A stretch of DNA of 64,000 nucleotides, taken from NCBI RefSeq assembly GCF_964213995.1, contig NC_135804.1:47678001-47742000 (forward strand), read 5' to 3'. Position 1 is the first letter of the stretch; every line of letters starts with the position of its first letter. This stretch comes from Mustelus asterias. Lineage: Eukaryota. Positions 1-12,535 of this stretch are shown piece by piece. The position numbers and the translations under genes were made by a program. The notes beneath the pieces were generated by a model, which saw nothing but the letters and a program-made list of their open reading frames with translations, was not told where the DNA came from and searched no databases.

Positions 1-2011
1 TCTTATAATAATGCTTTCAACGAACTTATTCACTGTTTTATGGCAGTCACAAATTTATATTGGAATAAAGGATTAAGAAACAACTACCTTTAACTTCACA
101 AGACTAAAACTGATCACGCGACTGTTACAGTTATCAGTCACATGAAGGACAACAAAAGAATCAAACACAAATTAAACACAAAGGGGGAAAACGCACTGAT
201 TGGAGAAGCACAAGGGTCAAGGCTGATGAATTATGAGCAAATATGGAGCAATGAGACAATAGTAAGCAGGTACATGACCTGATTTATCAATTCAAATTAC
301 CCAGGGTGGTAAATGAGAACACACAAACTGGGAATATTCACAGAACAAAAGGGATATAGATATAGCAAAGCCCTGTAAACATGAAAGTAGTGGCTGGAAA
401 ATACGTGTCAAGGAGAACCTTACTGCTCTGTAATCCAGACACCCTGAACAGGGGTCAGAGTGGGGGAGAGAAACAAGACGCCCCACCTAACATTGGCAGG
501 GGAACAATGTCGTTTTAATCTAATCTAATCTCCGAATTACAGGAACAGGAAGATTAAAAGAAAAATTCCAAAGCAGCGAAGAATAATTCTGTACAACTAG
601 AATACAAATCATTTTGTGGAGGTAAGCTGTTTGTTATTTATGCAGGTCATGCCAATCTAATTAAATCAAGGTGTAAGTATTCCCATTTTATGCTGTAAAG
701 GCCTGACTTTGCAATAGTTGATCATCCATTCCCAGTAATTACTGGATGGCATTGAGAGAACTCACCTTCTATCAGGGAACTACAATCATTTTTTGCTTAT
801 GCAGCTACCTTGGGCAAAGATTCTCCAATATGAACAGGAAATTGTTCACATAGCAACTAACCACAAAACAGTCAACTTCAACAAACTGTTCTACTGACAA
901 ATTCCTCATCACAAAATTAGATTTTTCCTGGGTTTGTCACCAACCACAGAAACCAATGTCCTGTAACCTGATAGACTTCTTGCTCAGTATAATGTTTGCC
1001 CTCCTGTCAAAATAGTATGCAAGGATTAGTCGCTGTAGGAGGTCTGAATGAAGCAGTGGAGTAATGTAATGATTGATAGTAATGTGTAGTTTAAGTAGGT
1101 TTCACAGAGCTCTGCTTTTCGTTCTGACATTTACTTTGTCAGCATAATAGTAATATTTAAGAGATAATTTTTCTTTAAAAATAGCCTTCTATACAAAGAA
1201 AAAATTTCAAATTGGATATTTGTCCTATTTTAAAGAAGGATTTTCTTCTACATTTTTCTCATTATTTGTGTCATGCAGAATAATGTGGTGTTTCACTCAA
1301 AAACATCAAAGCAACACAATGAAAGCTATTCCCCATCTCAGGAGCTGAGATTAGCCAGGTCACATGAGGGAGTTGGCAGGACAACAATAAGGGTTCCTCC
1401 CAGGATTAAAAAAAACAGCAGATACTGGCTGCAAAACTTTCAGTGTATATCGTTCAACGTTACTAATGCCATTTTGTGTCCAAAATGAAAAACCTGTGCC
1501 GCATACATACACTTCTGGTGCGGGCTCTTCCAAATGCCATTTTGGGTAGGTCTGTCGTGCCAGTTTTAGGAGCGCATGGCAGGATTATGCAAAATAGGCA
1601 GATCGCCTCCTCAGTGTGTAAAGTTAATCTGATTGTAGTGGTGTTACTTTTCAACCTCAACACTCCAGCTGATGTCCAATCTTAATCTGGCACAGCTGAA
1701 TCTGTTCAGTAGGACGGACCCTCATCAGTACTAGTTAAAGGGACCACCAACTATTTTCTGATGGGAGGGTGGGGAAAAAGGGGTGGTGGAAGAGGCGGGG
1801 GAAAGAGAGGAAGATAGAGGAGGAGAATAAATCGCAATAAGTCCCAATCAGATGCCTCTTTTTCACGAAGAAGGTGCACGCTGAAATCTTAACTCCAGAG
1901 ATAACCAAACTAGTGTTTTATACAGTTCTCACATAATTTCCCTGATCTTTTATTCTGTGCCTCAGCCGATTAAAAAAAAGTATCCTGTACGCTTTTAGTC
2001 ACCTTATTTAC

Positions 2012-3560
2012 TTAGAGGTTTACAGCATGGAAACAGGCCCTTCAGCCCAACTTTCCATGCTGCCCAGTTTTCATTATTAAGCTAGTCCCAATTGCCCAGG
2101 TTTGGCCCATATCCCTCTGTACCAAGCTTACCCATGTAACTGCCTTAAAAGACAAAATTGTAGCCACCTTTACCTCTTGCAGCTCATTTCAGACGCTTGC
2201 CACCTTCTGTGTGAAAAATTGCCCCTCTGGACCCTTCTGTATCTCTCCCCTCTCATCTTAAACCTATGCCCTCTAGTTTTAGACTCCCCTACCTTTGGGA
2301 AAAGATGTTGACTATCTACCTGATCAACGCCCCTCATTATTTTAAAGGCCTCTATAAGATCCTATGCTCAAGGGAAAAAAGTCCCAGTCTATCCAGCCTC
2401 TCCTTACAACTCAAACCATCAAGTCCTGGTAGCATCCCAGTAAATCTTTTCTGCACTCTTTCTAGTTTAATAATATCCTTTCTATAATAGGGTGACCAGA
2501 ACTGTACACAGTATTCCAAGTGTGGCCTTACCAATGTCTTGTGCAACTTCAACAAGACATCCCAACTCCTGCATTCAATGTTCTGACCAATGAAACCAAG
2601 AATGCCGAATGACTTCTTGACTACCCTGTCCACCTGTGACTCCACTTTCAAGGAGCTATGAACCTGTACCCTTAGATCTTTGTTTTATAACTCTCCCCAA
2701 CGCCTTACCATTAACTGAGTAGGTTCTGCCATGGTTCAAACTACCAAAATGCATCACCTTGCATTTATCGAAATTAAACTCCATCTGCCATTCATCAGCC
2801 CACTGGCCCAATTGATCAAGATCCCGTTGTAATCCTAGATAACCTTCTTCATTGTCCACTATGCCACCAATCCTGGTGTCATCTGCAAACCCAAAATTCT
2901 AAATCCTATATTCTCATCCAAATCATTAATATAAATGACAAATAACAGTGGACCCAGCACTAATCCGAGGCGTACAGCTGGTCACAGGCCTCCAGTTTGA
3001 AAAACAAATCTCTACAACCCTCTTCTGTCATCAAGCCAATTTTGTACCCAATTGGCTACTTCACCCTGCGGTACCTCGTCAAATGCCTTGCTAAAGTCCA
3101 TGTAGACAACGTCAACTGCACTGCCCTCCTCCACCTTCTTGGTTACCCCTTCAAAAAACTCAATCAAATTCGTGAGAGATGATTTTCTACTCACAAAGCC
3201 ATGCTGTTCTTAATCAGTCCTAGCCTCTCTAAATGCCTGTAGATCCTGTCTCAGAATACCTTCTAACAACTTACCCACTACAGACGTTAGGCTCATCGGC
3301 CTATAGTTCCCAGGCTTTTCCCTGCAGCCTTTCTCAAACAAAAGGCACAACATTTGCCACCCTCCAATCTTCGGGCACCTCATCTGTGGCTGTCGATGAT
3401 TCAGATATTTCCGCTAGGGGATCTGCAATTTCCTCCCTAGCCTCCCACAATGTCCTGGGATACACTTCATAAGGTCCTGGGGATTTATCTACCTTGATGC
3501 ACTTTAAGACTTCCGGCACCTCCTTCTCTGTAATAAGTACATTCTTCAAGACATCAAGAC
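2012..3560 (-). mobile_element. CR1 LINE, 5'-truncated and degenerate (RT and 3' UTR)
   Basis: ORFs 3334-3651 (IKVDKSPGP, VPEDWRVANVVP), 3012-3194 (YMDFSKAFD), 2656-2859 (LQRDLDQLGQWADEWQMEFN) and 2352-2651 (LVRPHLEYCVQFWSP) are CR1 ORF2 motifs in order; frameshifted with internal deletions. Confidence 0.93.
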
Positions 3561-3860
3561 TTGTTCTTGCTACCTTGATGAAACTGTGGACATGTACTCG
3601 ATGGTCCCTCTGTTTCCCTACACTTAGTACATACCATTTATTGTGTATCACTTTGTCTGGTTTGCCCTCTCCACATGCATTACATCACAACTTTGCGGAA
3701 TTAATTCCATTTGTCACCTTTCTGCTCATCTGCCAGTCCATTCACATTTTTGCAGTCTACAGCTTATTTTCTCACCATCAACTACATGGCCAATTACTGC
3801 ACTATCTGCAGACCTCTAATTATGCTCCTCCGTTTAAATGCAACTCATTAAGATAAAAGG
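3560..3860 (-). mobile_element. Older CR1 RT C-terminal fragment
   Basis: Degenerate match to the post-FADD region (QRDHRVHVH) seen in other CR1 copies. Confidence 0.6.
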
Positions 3861-4224
3861 ACAAAAAGCAAGGGACCTCGTAGAGAGGCCTGCGGAACCC
3901 CACCTGAATCACTCGTTTACTATTATCCTTCACCTCCTGCCATGGATCCAACGCCAGAGAGAGAGAGAGACAGACAGCGAGAGAACGAAAGCGATTTCAC
4001 AGCCCAAAATTAAATACTGCCATTAAAAGAGAGGCAAAGAAGCAATAGAGGTAAGAGGGAGGGAGGGAAGAGATAGCAACCATAACAAATTGTTTCATAA
4101 TTTGTAAAAATCATAGGGGAGAGATTGTCAAAGAAGTATTTGCGTAATATACATCTGTAGTATGCTCAAAGTCCAGCACATACAAATGAATTATACAATG
4201 CAGTTTTTATGTAGCCAAATGCCG

Positions 4225-4460
4225 TAACTATTCTGCGCACAGCAAGATCCCACAAACAGCAAAAAGATGAAATATTTATTTGGGTGGTGTTGGGTGCCAG
4301 AGGAAAATTGGTCAAGACATCAAAGTTCTTTAAGTAGTGGCATGAGATCTTCAGTGTTCATCTTATCCAACAATGCAGGACTCCTTCAGCTCAGTGCTCG
4401 GGTACTGGAGTGAGTGAGGCGTGCAATCAATTTTCTGACAAGAGTCTGGAGCGTTACAAC
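4225..4460 (-). mobile_element. Deu-domain SINE (AmnSINE1/SacSINE1-like) fragment
   Basis: gcacagcaagatcccacaaacagcaa is the reverse complement of the Deu core; same motifs at 25.7 and 59.7 kb. Confidence 0.65.
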
Positions 4461-5326
4461 CTCAGACACAGCACAATCCAGTAACCTGTATTTTGTGAAT
4501 GCTCCTAGTGTACAGCTTCATCTTTAGAAGCAATTCATTTCAATTTATCTATTATAAAGGCTAAAATCTATTAAGACATATACAGGAACAATTTTTGAAT
4601 GGTGGGGGAAGCAAACTACAGAATAGGTCTTCAGCAAATAAGTAGATTTTTTCATAAATAAAGATGACTTTTCTTACCTATTCACAATCTTCCCCATACT
4701 CAACAACTAATCAAGCCTGCATTCTCTGGAGTATAATCACAAAGTGCACAATTAACCTCAATTTCACTGCATGTAAAAAATAATCATTCCCTATTCACGC
4801 CATGCAATACTACTGAGATTGAAAATATTTAATTTGCCAAACCTTATCCACTCTATTTCGGTATTAGAAATATTAAAATCAAATACAATTTTAAAAGATT
4901 CAAGCCAAGCCTCTATGATCACAGGTTAGATAGCAGGGGTTGAATCAGTGTCAAGCAACGTTGATACTTCACTTGTTGTAGTCTATGGAATGCCTTTAAG
5001 AAATCTGCAAAAGCATATGGTGTAGTAAAATGGGAGAGAATCCGCAAGTCCCACCTCACATTGCTTTTCAATGGGAGTGTCCCTCCAGAGAGATATAATG
5101 GACTCAACAATTATGAATTACATGAAAATGTCAGCATATTTTCCATCAATGATGCTCTAATACTCAACATAGAACACTTCAAAAACAATTGCCTTTGTCT
5201 GAGCTTTAAACGTGCCATAATTATATTAAAATAAGGCATATTAGATGGCATTCATAGGGCCAGAGTGCATTCAAGGTCAGGTTGTTCACTCACCAATTGA
5301 TCCCAACCATACCTCGAAGGGAAAGT

Positions 5327-5627
5327 GGGGTGGCACAGTGGCTAGTACTGCTGCTTCACAGCGCCAGGGACCCAGGTTTGATTCCTGGCTGGGGTCACTG
5401 GCTGTGGAGCTTGCACGTTCTCCCTGTGTCTGCGTGTGTTTCCTCCGGGTGCTCTGGTTTCCTCCCACAATCTGAAAGACGTGCTGGTTAGGTGCATTGG
5501 CCATGCTAAATTCTCCCTCAGTGTACCCGAACAGGTGCCGGAGTGTGGCGACTAGGGGATTTTTACAGTAACTTCATTGCAGTGTTAATGTAAGCCTACT
5601 TGTGACAATAAATAAACTTTAAACTTT
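5327..5627 (+). mobile_element. tRNA-derived V-SINE (HE1-like head), Rex1-like tail type
   Basis: Box A TGGCACAGTGG, box B GGTTTGATTCC, V-domain TTTCCTCCGGGTGCTCTGGTTTCCTCCCACA, tail TACTTGTGACAATAAATAAACTTTAAACTTT. Confidence 0.93.
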
Positions 5628-5919
5628 GACAGGGTACACAAAATCAGAAGTCAGCCAGCATTGGTTTACTATTACATATTTCCTAGCAACCATCTTAAAA
5701 ACAGTATAGACAAGAGTCCCAAAAACAGGTCACCCCTGCCAAAAGTGATTGGTTATCTAGGAGATGAAGGGATTATGAACAGTTTTTTAAAAAAGACATA
5801 CAGATAGATATAGGCCAACAAAAGAGAGAAAGCAGCAAGTGAGCACAAAGGATAGAAGCCAAGCAACAATTTATTGTGCCAACCTGTTACACCAAAAGGA
5901 AGTGGATGAGGTTATTATT

Positions 5920-7140
5920 TAACAACATCTATTTATATAGTGGCTTTATTGTAGAAAAAAAACAATCCAGGGTGCTTCGCATAAGCATACCCAGTCAATA
6001 ATGTACACTAAGGAGCTAGGAGATGCAGTGACCAATAGCTTGGTTGAAGATGCCAGGTTTAAAAAGGAGGATACGAAGCTAGAAAGGATGCTTCACAGAG
6101 TAGCGTCTAGACAGCTGAGGATATGGTCTCCAACAATAGGGTGACGGAATGGGGTATATGTACAAAAGGACTAGAGATGGAATAATGGAAAGTTGTGCTG
6201 TGTAGTTGATAGTTAGAGATAGGGAGGGGAAAGGCCATTCCGCGCATTGATACAAGGATGAGAATTTTTAAATCGATGTTGGGGGCTCTGTAACCAATGT
6301 AGATCAGTGAGTTCATGAAGTGATGGGTCAGCGGGTCTTGGTTCAGAGTAAGATATGGGCAGGACTTGAATGAAGTGATGTTTATGGAAGGTGGAGGATG
6401 GAATGCCAATCTGAAGAGCATTGTAATAGCTGAGTCTGGAGTTTAAAGTTCATTTATTAGTGTCACAAGTAGGCTTACATTAACACTGCAATGAAGTTAC
6501 TGTGAAAATCCCCTAGTCGCCACACTCCAGTGCCTGTTCGGGTACACTGAGGGAGAATTTAGCATGGCCAATGCACCTAACCAGCACGTCTTTCGGACTG
6601 TGGGAGGAAACCGGAGCACCCGGAGGAAACCCACGCAGACATAGTGAGGATGCCCAGACTCCACACAGACAGTGGCCCAAGTCGGGAATCAAACCTGGGT
6701 CCCTGGCGCTGTGAGGCAGCAGTGCTAACCACTGTGCCACCAGAGGTGGCAGAGGCACAGATAAGGATTTGAGCAACAGATGGACTGAGGCAGAGCAGAG
6801 GCAGATAAAGTGGAAATCAACAGGTCTTTGTGATAGGAGGACATGGACCAGAAGCTTGGCTCAGAAATCGAAAACAGAGGATATGAACCGTATACTGCAA
6901 CCTTAGAAAATGGCCCAGGAGAGGGGTAAGAAATGGGTGGCAGGAAGTTTGTGGTGGGGACCATGGATGATAAGCTTCAATTTAAAAAAAATAACTGGCA
7001 GGAATTGTGGCTTCTCCAAGATTGAATGCCAGATAAGCAGACTGAGAGCAGAGGCATTAAGAGGGGCAATTCCTTACAAAGATCTTCCAATTATTGTCAT
7101 TTGCAGGTATTCTCCAGAGGACTGTCCAACAGTGAAGATG
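5920..7140 (-). mobile_element. Old L2 LINE 3' fragment interrupted by a SINE
   Basis: Colinear similarity to the L2 copy at 51.0-52.1 kb; L2 tail motif (catctatttatatag) near 5925. Confidence 0.7.
6441..6741 (-). mobile_element. V-SINE, Rex1-like tail type
   Basis: Near reverse complement of 5327-5627; inserted in L2. Confidence 0.93.
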
Positions 7141-8252
7141 AGGGAGAGAAAGAAAATTAACTTTCACTTGCCACAATCTTCATACAAACTACAATGAATT
7201 TTGCATTCAGACAATACTGCTGGATTCAACCAAGTCTCAAATTCAGTAAAGAAATTAAAGTTTTAAAAATATTTTACTTTTAATATAGAAGTATTTTGCA
7301 AAAACTATTTAATAATTAGCATTCTAGCCTTTTCTCTTAGTCTAGCCCTGGAATGCAGCTTCCTTCAGCTGAGGGGGAACGAGGACCAGAAATATTGGTA
7401 ACCACACGGAGGCATTTTGTAGCGCCCTCACCAGCTTATGTTTGTTATCCCCTACTCTAGTGTAACTATTCCAGTCCTTATCAAGTTCATTACAATTGAT
7501 GGCTCAACAATATTTTATTTAGGGGGAAGGGGAAGAGCAATAAGTGAAAGAGGAAAAGTGACAACAGTTTTTCCAAATGTTACTTCCACAGAAACAACTT
7601 TCTCTCATGAATACCAAGCAGTGTGTGTATGTTACATGAGAGAAAGTCTAAATGTCAACACTGCTTTTCAGCCACAGGAAGAACACCCCACATACTGCAG
7701 GACAAATGAAGGCTTGTCGAGGAATGATGCCAATTCAATGTATTTACTACAGAAAAGAAAGGCATTTACACAAATACTCTGGTGCACTTTTTTTTAAGAT
7801 TCAGAGGCATGATTGCTCGTCTCACATTGGACTGTTTGGATATTTACATCTTATGCTTCGGTGGATGGGTAATTCAATACAATTAAATCACCACTTTAGT
7901 TGCTCCTAAATCTCATACACTGCTGCTAGTTGGAGCTCTGATTGATGTTGCTGCCAGTTACAGGTTATACACTGGCATAGCAAACATCGCCTTGTTTCAG
8001 CATCACATTTTTGATTGAGGTTATGAACATCAAGCTGTTGGCAACAAGTAGGGTTCATAAATACGCAATGACACCAGGACATAGCAGCCTATACTCTGAT
8101 AGATAAGCTCCTGATTTTTTATACTATGGTCGGTATTTCTGCCTAAAGATTTGGCATATAGATTTAACTGGTGAGATCGCGATATTCAATTTTCACTGCC
8201 TCTCCTGATTGCAATACATTTTAATAAATTTAAATATAATTAAACACACACT

Positions 8253-8700
8253 GTGCCAGATTCTCCCCCCCCCCACAAGATTTTCTTACCTCATCAACAT
8301 GATGTCACGTTGGTGAGGTTTACAACAGGTTCACCCAGATGTGAGCCTGTTTAGGGGATTCCTCCAAAGGCGGGTATAGCCCCTGACTATTCCCCTGGGA
8401 GAAAGGGGGATGCCAGGGATGTTTGGGGGAGGGGCCACAGGTATCTCTGTTGGGGGAGGGGGGGGGAGAGATGAGTTATATTTGTTTATGTGATCGAGGC
8501 ACCCTTTTTCTTATCTCAGTGGAGCTGGTTCCCGGCTCTAAGAGTCCCCACCTCACCAGAGTGATAGCGCAAACCACCCCCACTCTTTCTTTGTAGTTAA
8601 AGGGACAAGATCTGGAGAAAAACTGACCATTGGAGCTGGAGAGTTCCACACCTGTTTCTTACCTGAACTGACACAGCCAAATTCTCATAAGATTCTGCCC
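8253..8700. mobile_element. GC-rich non-autonomous DNA transposon (MITE, Harbinger-like)
   Basis: Imperfect terminal inverted repeats (GTGCCAGATTCTC ... AAGATTCTGCCC) and a GC-rich interior in AT-rich flanks; superfamily is inferred. Confidence 0.5.
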
Positions 8701-9779
8701 ACAGTGTTATCATGGGAGCGCACAACAGCCTGACCACCACTATTGCATCCTGGCAGTTTGATCATCCGTCACAGGAGAGATTGCTCAAGTCCAAAGAAAT
8801 ATTTCTGTGGTTTTACTGCCTCAATATTTTGGAGGTTGGAAGAAACAGTTTTTCCCATTTTGGCGCAAATATCTCACTGGCAGCAGTCAGAACATCTGTC
8901 AGGTATGCTGATAAGATGTGATGACACAGGGTTGGAGGAGGCGTGTGTGATGCATAAATGTCTGCATAGACCAGTTGGGCCCAATGCTTGTTCACAAGTT
9001 GCCACTTCTGTGCAATTCTATACAAGAACAGCAATAATTGCATTTCTAAAGTACTTCATTGGCTGGAAATGCTTTGGGATGTTAAGGTTATAAAAAGCGC
9101 TATGTAATTGAGTTTTCTCTATCATCTTCTTCCTTTCCTTCAGTTCACGCTAACGTTCCCTTCAACTTCCCTAATTCATCCTTGTTTCTTTTATCACCTC
9201 AGTTCATGTTAACATTGATCCTTCTCCCCCCCCACCCCAGCCCAACACTCAAACTCAAGTTTTTCCAGTTCACACTCACATTTGCTCCGATATTTTACTC
9301 AGAAGGATGGTCAGGAATTATTTTGGTAGTTTTGCAAAGGTTAAGGTCTCCAGAATTAAAAAAACATTGAAAAATTCCCACAACAACAGCCCCAAACCAT
9401 TGCCAAAGTGTGTAGTGGGAAGTGTGAAAGGTTTGTTTGTACTGCCCCTTTAGATGCACGATCAAGTTTGTTTGCCTGACTGGTTGTGCTCCTGTCATTT
9501 CTAGGTGCATCATTTTTGAATTTGGCCTCCCATCATACTCTTGGAATAACAGCAAAACAACAGCACAAGGTCATTCGTTAAAATGCATTCACACTCCAGA
9601 CTGTAAATGGAAGTCGAAAAAGGTCCCAGCTATTCAAATATTTACCCTAACACATAGTTCAAGATGTTTCTTTTGTATTACTCACCCCATCCCGTAGATT
9701 TGAGGGTTGCCAATTGTGTGGTAATTCCTGTATTCTACCAGAGTTACTGGCCTTTAAAAATGCAGGCATGTAATAAAGA

Positions 9780-10085
9780 GCAGCAATATGTCCAATGTGG
9801 AATAGTGTGTGACTTGAGAGGAGAACTTGGCGGGAGGTGGGTTGTTGTTTTCATGTTGTCTCCGTCCTTCTATATATTAGAGGTTGCGTGTTTGGGAGGT
9901 ACTGTTGAAGGAGCCTTGGCGAGTTGCTGCTGCGGTGCATATCGTAGATGGTACACTTTTTAACATTTGTGCATGGATGATGGAGGGAGTGGATGCTCAT
10001 GGGGTTTGTTGATGGGCTGTTGTTCCAGCAGACTACTTTGTCACGAATGGCGTCAAGCTTCTTGAGTGTTCTTGCAGCTACAAGA
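9780..10085 (-). mobile_element. CR1-group LINE ORF2 C-terminal fragment (Crack/Daphne-like)
   Basis: ORF 9851-10108: TLKKLDAIRDK..SIHSLHH..IYDMH resembles LINE ORF2 C-termini; clade uncertain. Confidence 0.65.
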
Positions 10086-11474
10086 GTTTGGACCAGTACC
10101 TTAAACAATTTCCCAACTGGAGGTCAGTCATCAAATAAAGGACACGTACATGTTCCATATAACACACTGCTGTTCTGCGAAGTGCTTAACATGGCAGGAG
10201 TGGGTGGCTTTCACGAATGTTACGAAAAACATGCGCTTAAAGCACACCTGCTGATTCAGAGAACTAAATGGAGCATTCTATACATTTTACTGCTTTTTCC
10301 CACTTTTCCACTGACTTTCCAGTCCAGCCCAACACTTGGAACCCAAGTTCATACAAGACCTTAGGGCAAACTAGCATTGTATTGCTCAACACAGACCAAC
10401 AAAAAGGTTTTACTCCTTTTGAATAAAGAGTCAATAATAGAATGCCTCAAACCATTTAGAAGTACCGCAGCTGCTATTTTAAGCACAATGGCTTCCAAAA
10501 GATCATTGTCTCCTTTCAGTTTTGTGCGCGCTAGAAATCAAACAAGTGCCCCCAAGCTACAGAGCAGAATCGGAACTGAAATGACAATTCGGAGACTTCA
10601 ATTGGCAAGTATTAGATTGCAGAAGGTTATGGTTCACAATTTTTCCTGAATTCCAAGTAGTATGATCCAGCTGTAGCTGGAAGGATTTCCATAACACCAG
10701 ATCCCTTCATACAGCTACATGTGTTTCACAGCACACAAGTAAAACATTATGCAACAACTCTAGAGTAACTTTACAAATGTACATGCCAAATTATCCCACA
10801 AACCTCACAGTTCAACAGCCATATCTTCCGCTCACATCTAGAAACATTCTAACAATTATGATCAAGCCAACTCACGACCTTCCATATTACAACAACCTAA
10901 TGCAATTAGTAATTCTGTGAATAATGAATAGATGGAACAGTTAGACTGCAGTGAGTTATAAAGTTGGAATGAGTTCAATGGATTCTGATAAAATGATAAA
11001 CCACACAACATTTACGCAAGTAATCACATTGAGATGATATTCTCGTCAACAATTCATCTCAATCCAATTGTTTCCTAACATATCAACATGTAGTCTTTAG
11101 TATTTCCATGTGGTTGCATGGCTGAAAGCCAGTCATCCTGCACGTAGCAGTTGTAAAAATGAAGCTGGAGAAACAATTGGTAACAGGATGCATAAGAAAC
11201 ATACCCTGAAAAGCAAGTCACGTGGTACGTAAGGGAACAAATGCACATATAAAGGAATGTTGAGAGGGCCATGGTAAATTATATTTGTGGATTGGTTGGA
11301 CGTGGATCATGAAAGGTCCAAGAATTTGGGTTGGGAATTCTCACTTCTCAACTGCATAAATGGAATTGGACATGAGCACAATTGGAGCAATATCAAAGTT
11401 TATTAAACCTAATTAAGGTGCAGTAAACGGCAAAGAAGAATGCTCGGCAAGACCTTGGTGCCCTTGTGCGTCAG

Positions 11475-11806
11475 TCATAGAAAGAATCATAGAAACCCTA
11501 CAGTGCAGAAGGAGGCCATTCGGCCCATCGAGTCTGCACCGACCACAATCCCACCCAGGCCCTATCCCCACATATTTACCCGCTAATCCCTCTAACCTAC
11601 GCATCTCAGGACTCTAAGGGGCAATTTTTAACCTGGCCAATCAACCTAACCCACACATCTTTGGACTGTGGGAGGAAAGCGGAGCACCCGGAGGAAACCC
11701 ACGCAAACACGAGGAGAATGTGCAAACTCCACACAGACAGTGTCCCGAGCCGGGAATCGAACCCGGGACCCTGGAGCTGTGAAGCAGCAGTGCTACCGTG
11801 CCGCCC
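11475..11806 (-). mobile_element. HE1-type V-SINE with CR1/HER1 tail
   Basis: Box B GGTTCGATTCC, V-domain, tail GGGCCGAATGGCCTCCTTCTGCACTGTAGGGTTTCTATGATTC; 12-nt deletion through box A. Confidence 0.95.
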
Positions 11807-11844
11807 AAAAATTATGTTCTAACTTCTAACACAAACTTTCTAAA

Positions 11845-12535
11845 GTCGCTGAAAGTAAGTGTGCAGGTACAGCAGGCAGTAAAGAAGGCAAATGGTATGA
11901 TGGCCTTCATAGCGAGAGGATTTGAGAATAGGAATAGGGATGTTTTGCTGCAGTTATATAGGGCATTGGTGAGGCCACAATTGGAATATTGTGTGCAATT
12001 TTGATGTCTTTATCTGGGGAAGGATATCATTGTTAAAGAGGGAGTACAGCGAAGGTTTACCAGGCTGATTCCTGGGATGGCAGGTCTATCATATGAGGAG
12101 AGACTAAGTTGGTTAGGGTTATATTCACTGGAGCTAGAAGAGTGAGAGGGGATCTCATAGAAACTTATAAAATTCTAACAGGGTTAGATAGGGTAGATTC
12201 AGAAAGAATGTTCCTGATGGTGGGGAGTCCTGAACTAGGGGTCATAGTTTGAGGATAAGGGGTAAACCTTTTAGAACTGAGATGAGGAGGAATTTCTTCA
12301 CCCAGGAGGGTGGTGAATGTGTGGAATTCACTACCACAGAAACTAGTTGAGGCCAAAATGTTGTCCGATTTCGAGAATAAATTAGATATAGCTCTTGGGG
12401 CTAAAGGGATATGGGGGGGCAGTGGAAGGGAGGATCAGGATATTGAATTTTTTGATCAACCATCACCAAAACGAATGGCGGAGCAGGCTCAAGGGGCCGA
12501 ATGGCCTTCCCCTGCTTCTAGTTTCTATGTTTCTC
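11845..12535 (+). mobile_element. CR1 3' fragment
   Basis: QVQQAVKKANG, LYRALVRPQLEYCVQF, VNVWNSLPQK; tail GGCCGAATGGCC...TTTCTATGTTTCT. Confidence 0.92.

Noticed and set aside
543-621. Plus-strand exon candidate ending in GAG|GTAAGC
   Set aside because: Stop codons in all three frames.
732-745. 14-bp palindrome CCAGTAATTACTGG
   Set aside because: A few perfect palindromes of this length are expected by chance in 64 kb; no supporting context.
1700-1735. CTGATGAGGGTC on the minus strand as a hammerhead
   Set aside because: No GAAA at the right spacing and no stem III; at most a very old Penelope remnant.
5745-5762. TTGGTTATCTAG resembling miR-9
   Set aside because: Only 12 nt match, the seed differs, and I see no precursor hairpin.
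7341-7397. 57-nt plus-strand exon candidate (SSPGMQLPSAEGERGPEIL)
   Set aside because: Weak GTAACC donor and no recognisable protein.
8774-8902. Segment open in all three plus frames with a GTATGC donor
   Set aside because: No recognisable peptide; short open stretches occur by chance.
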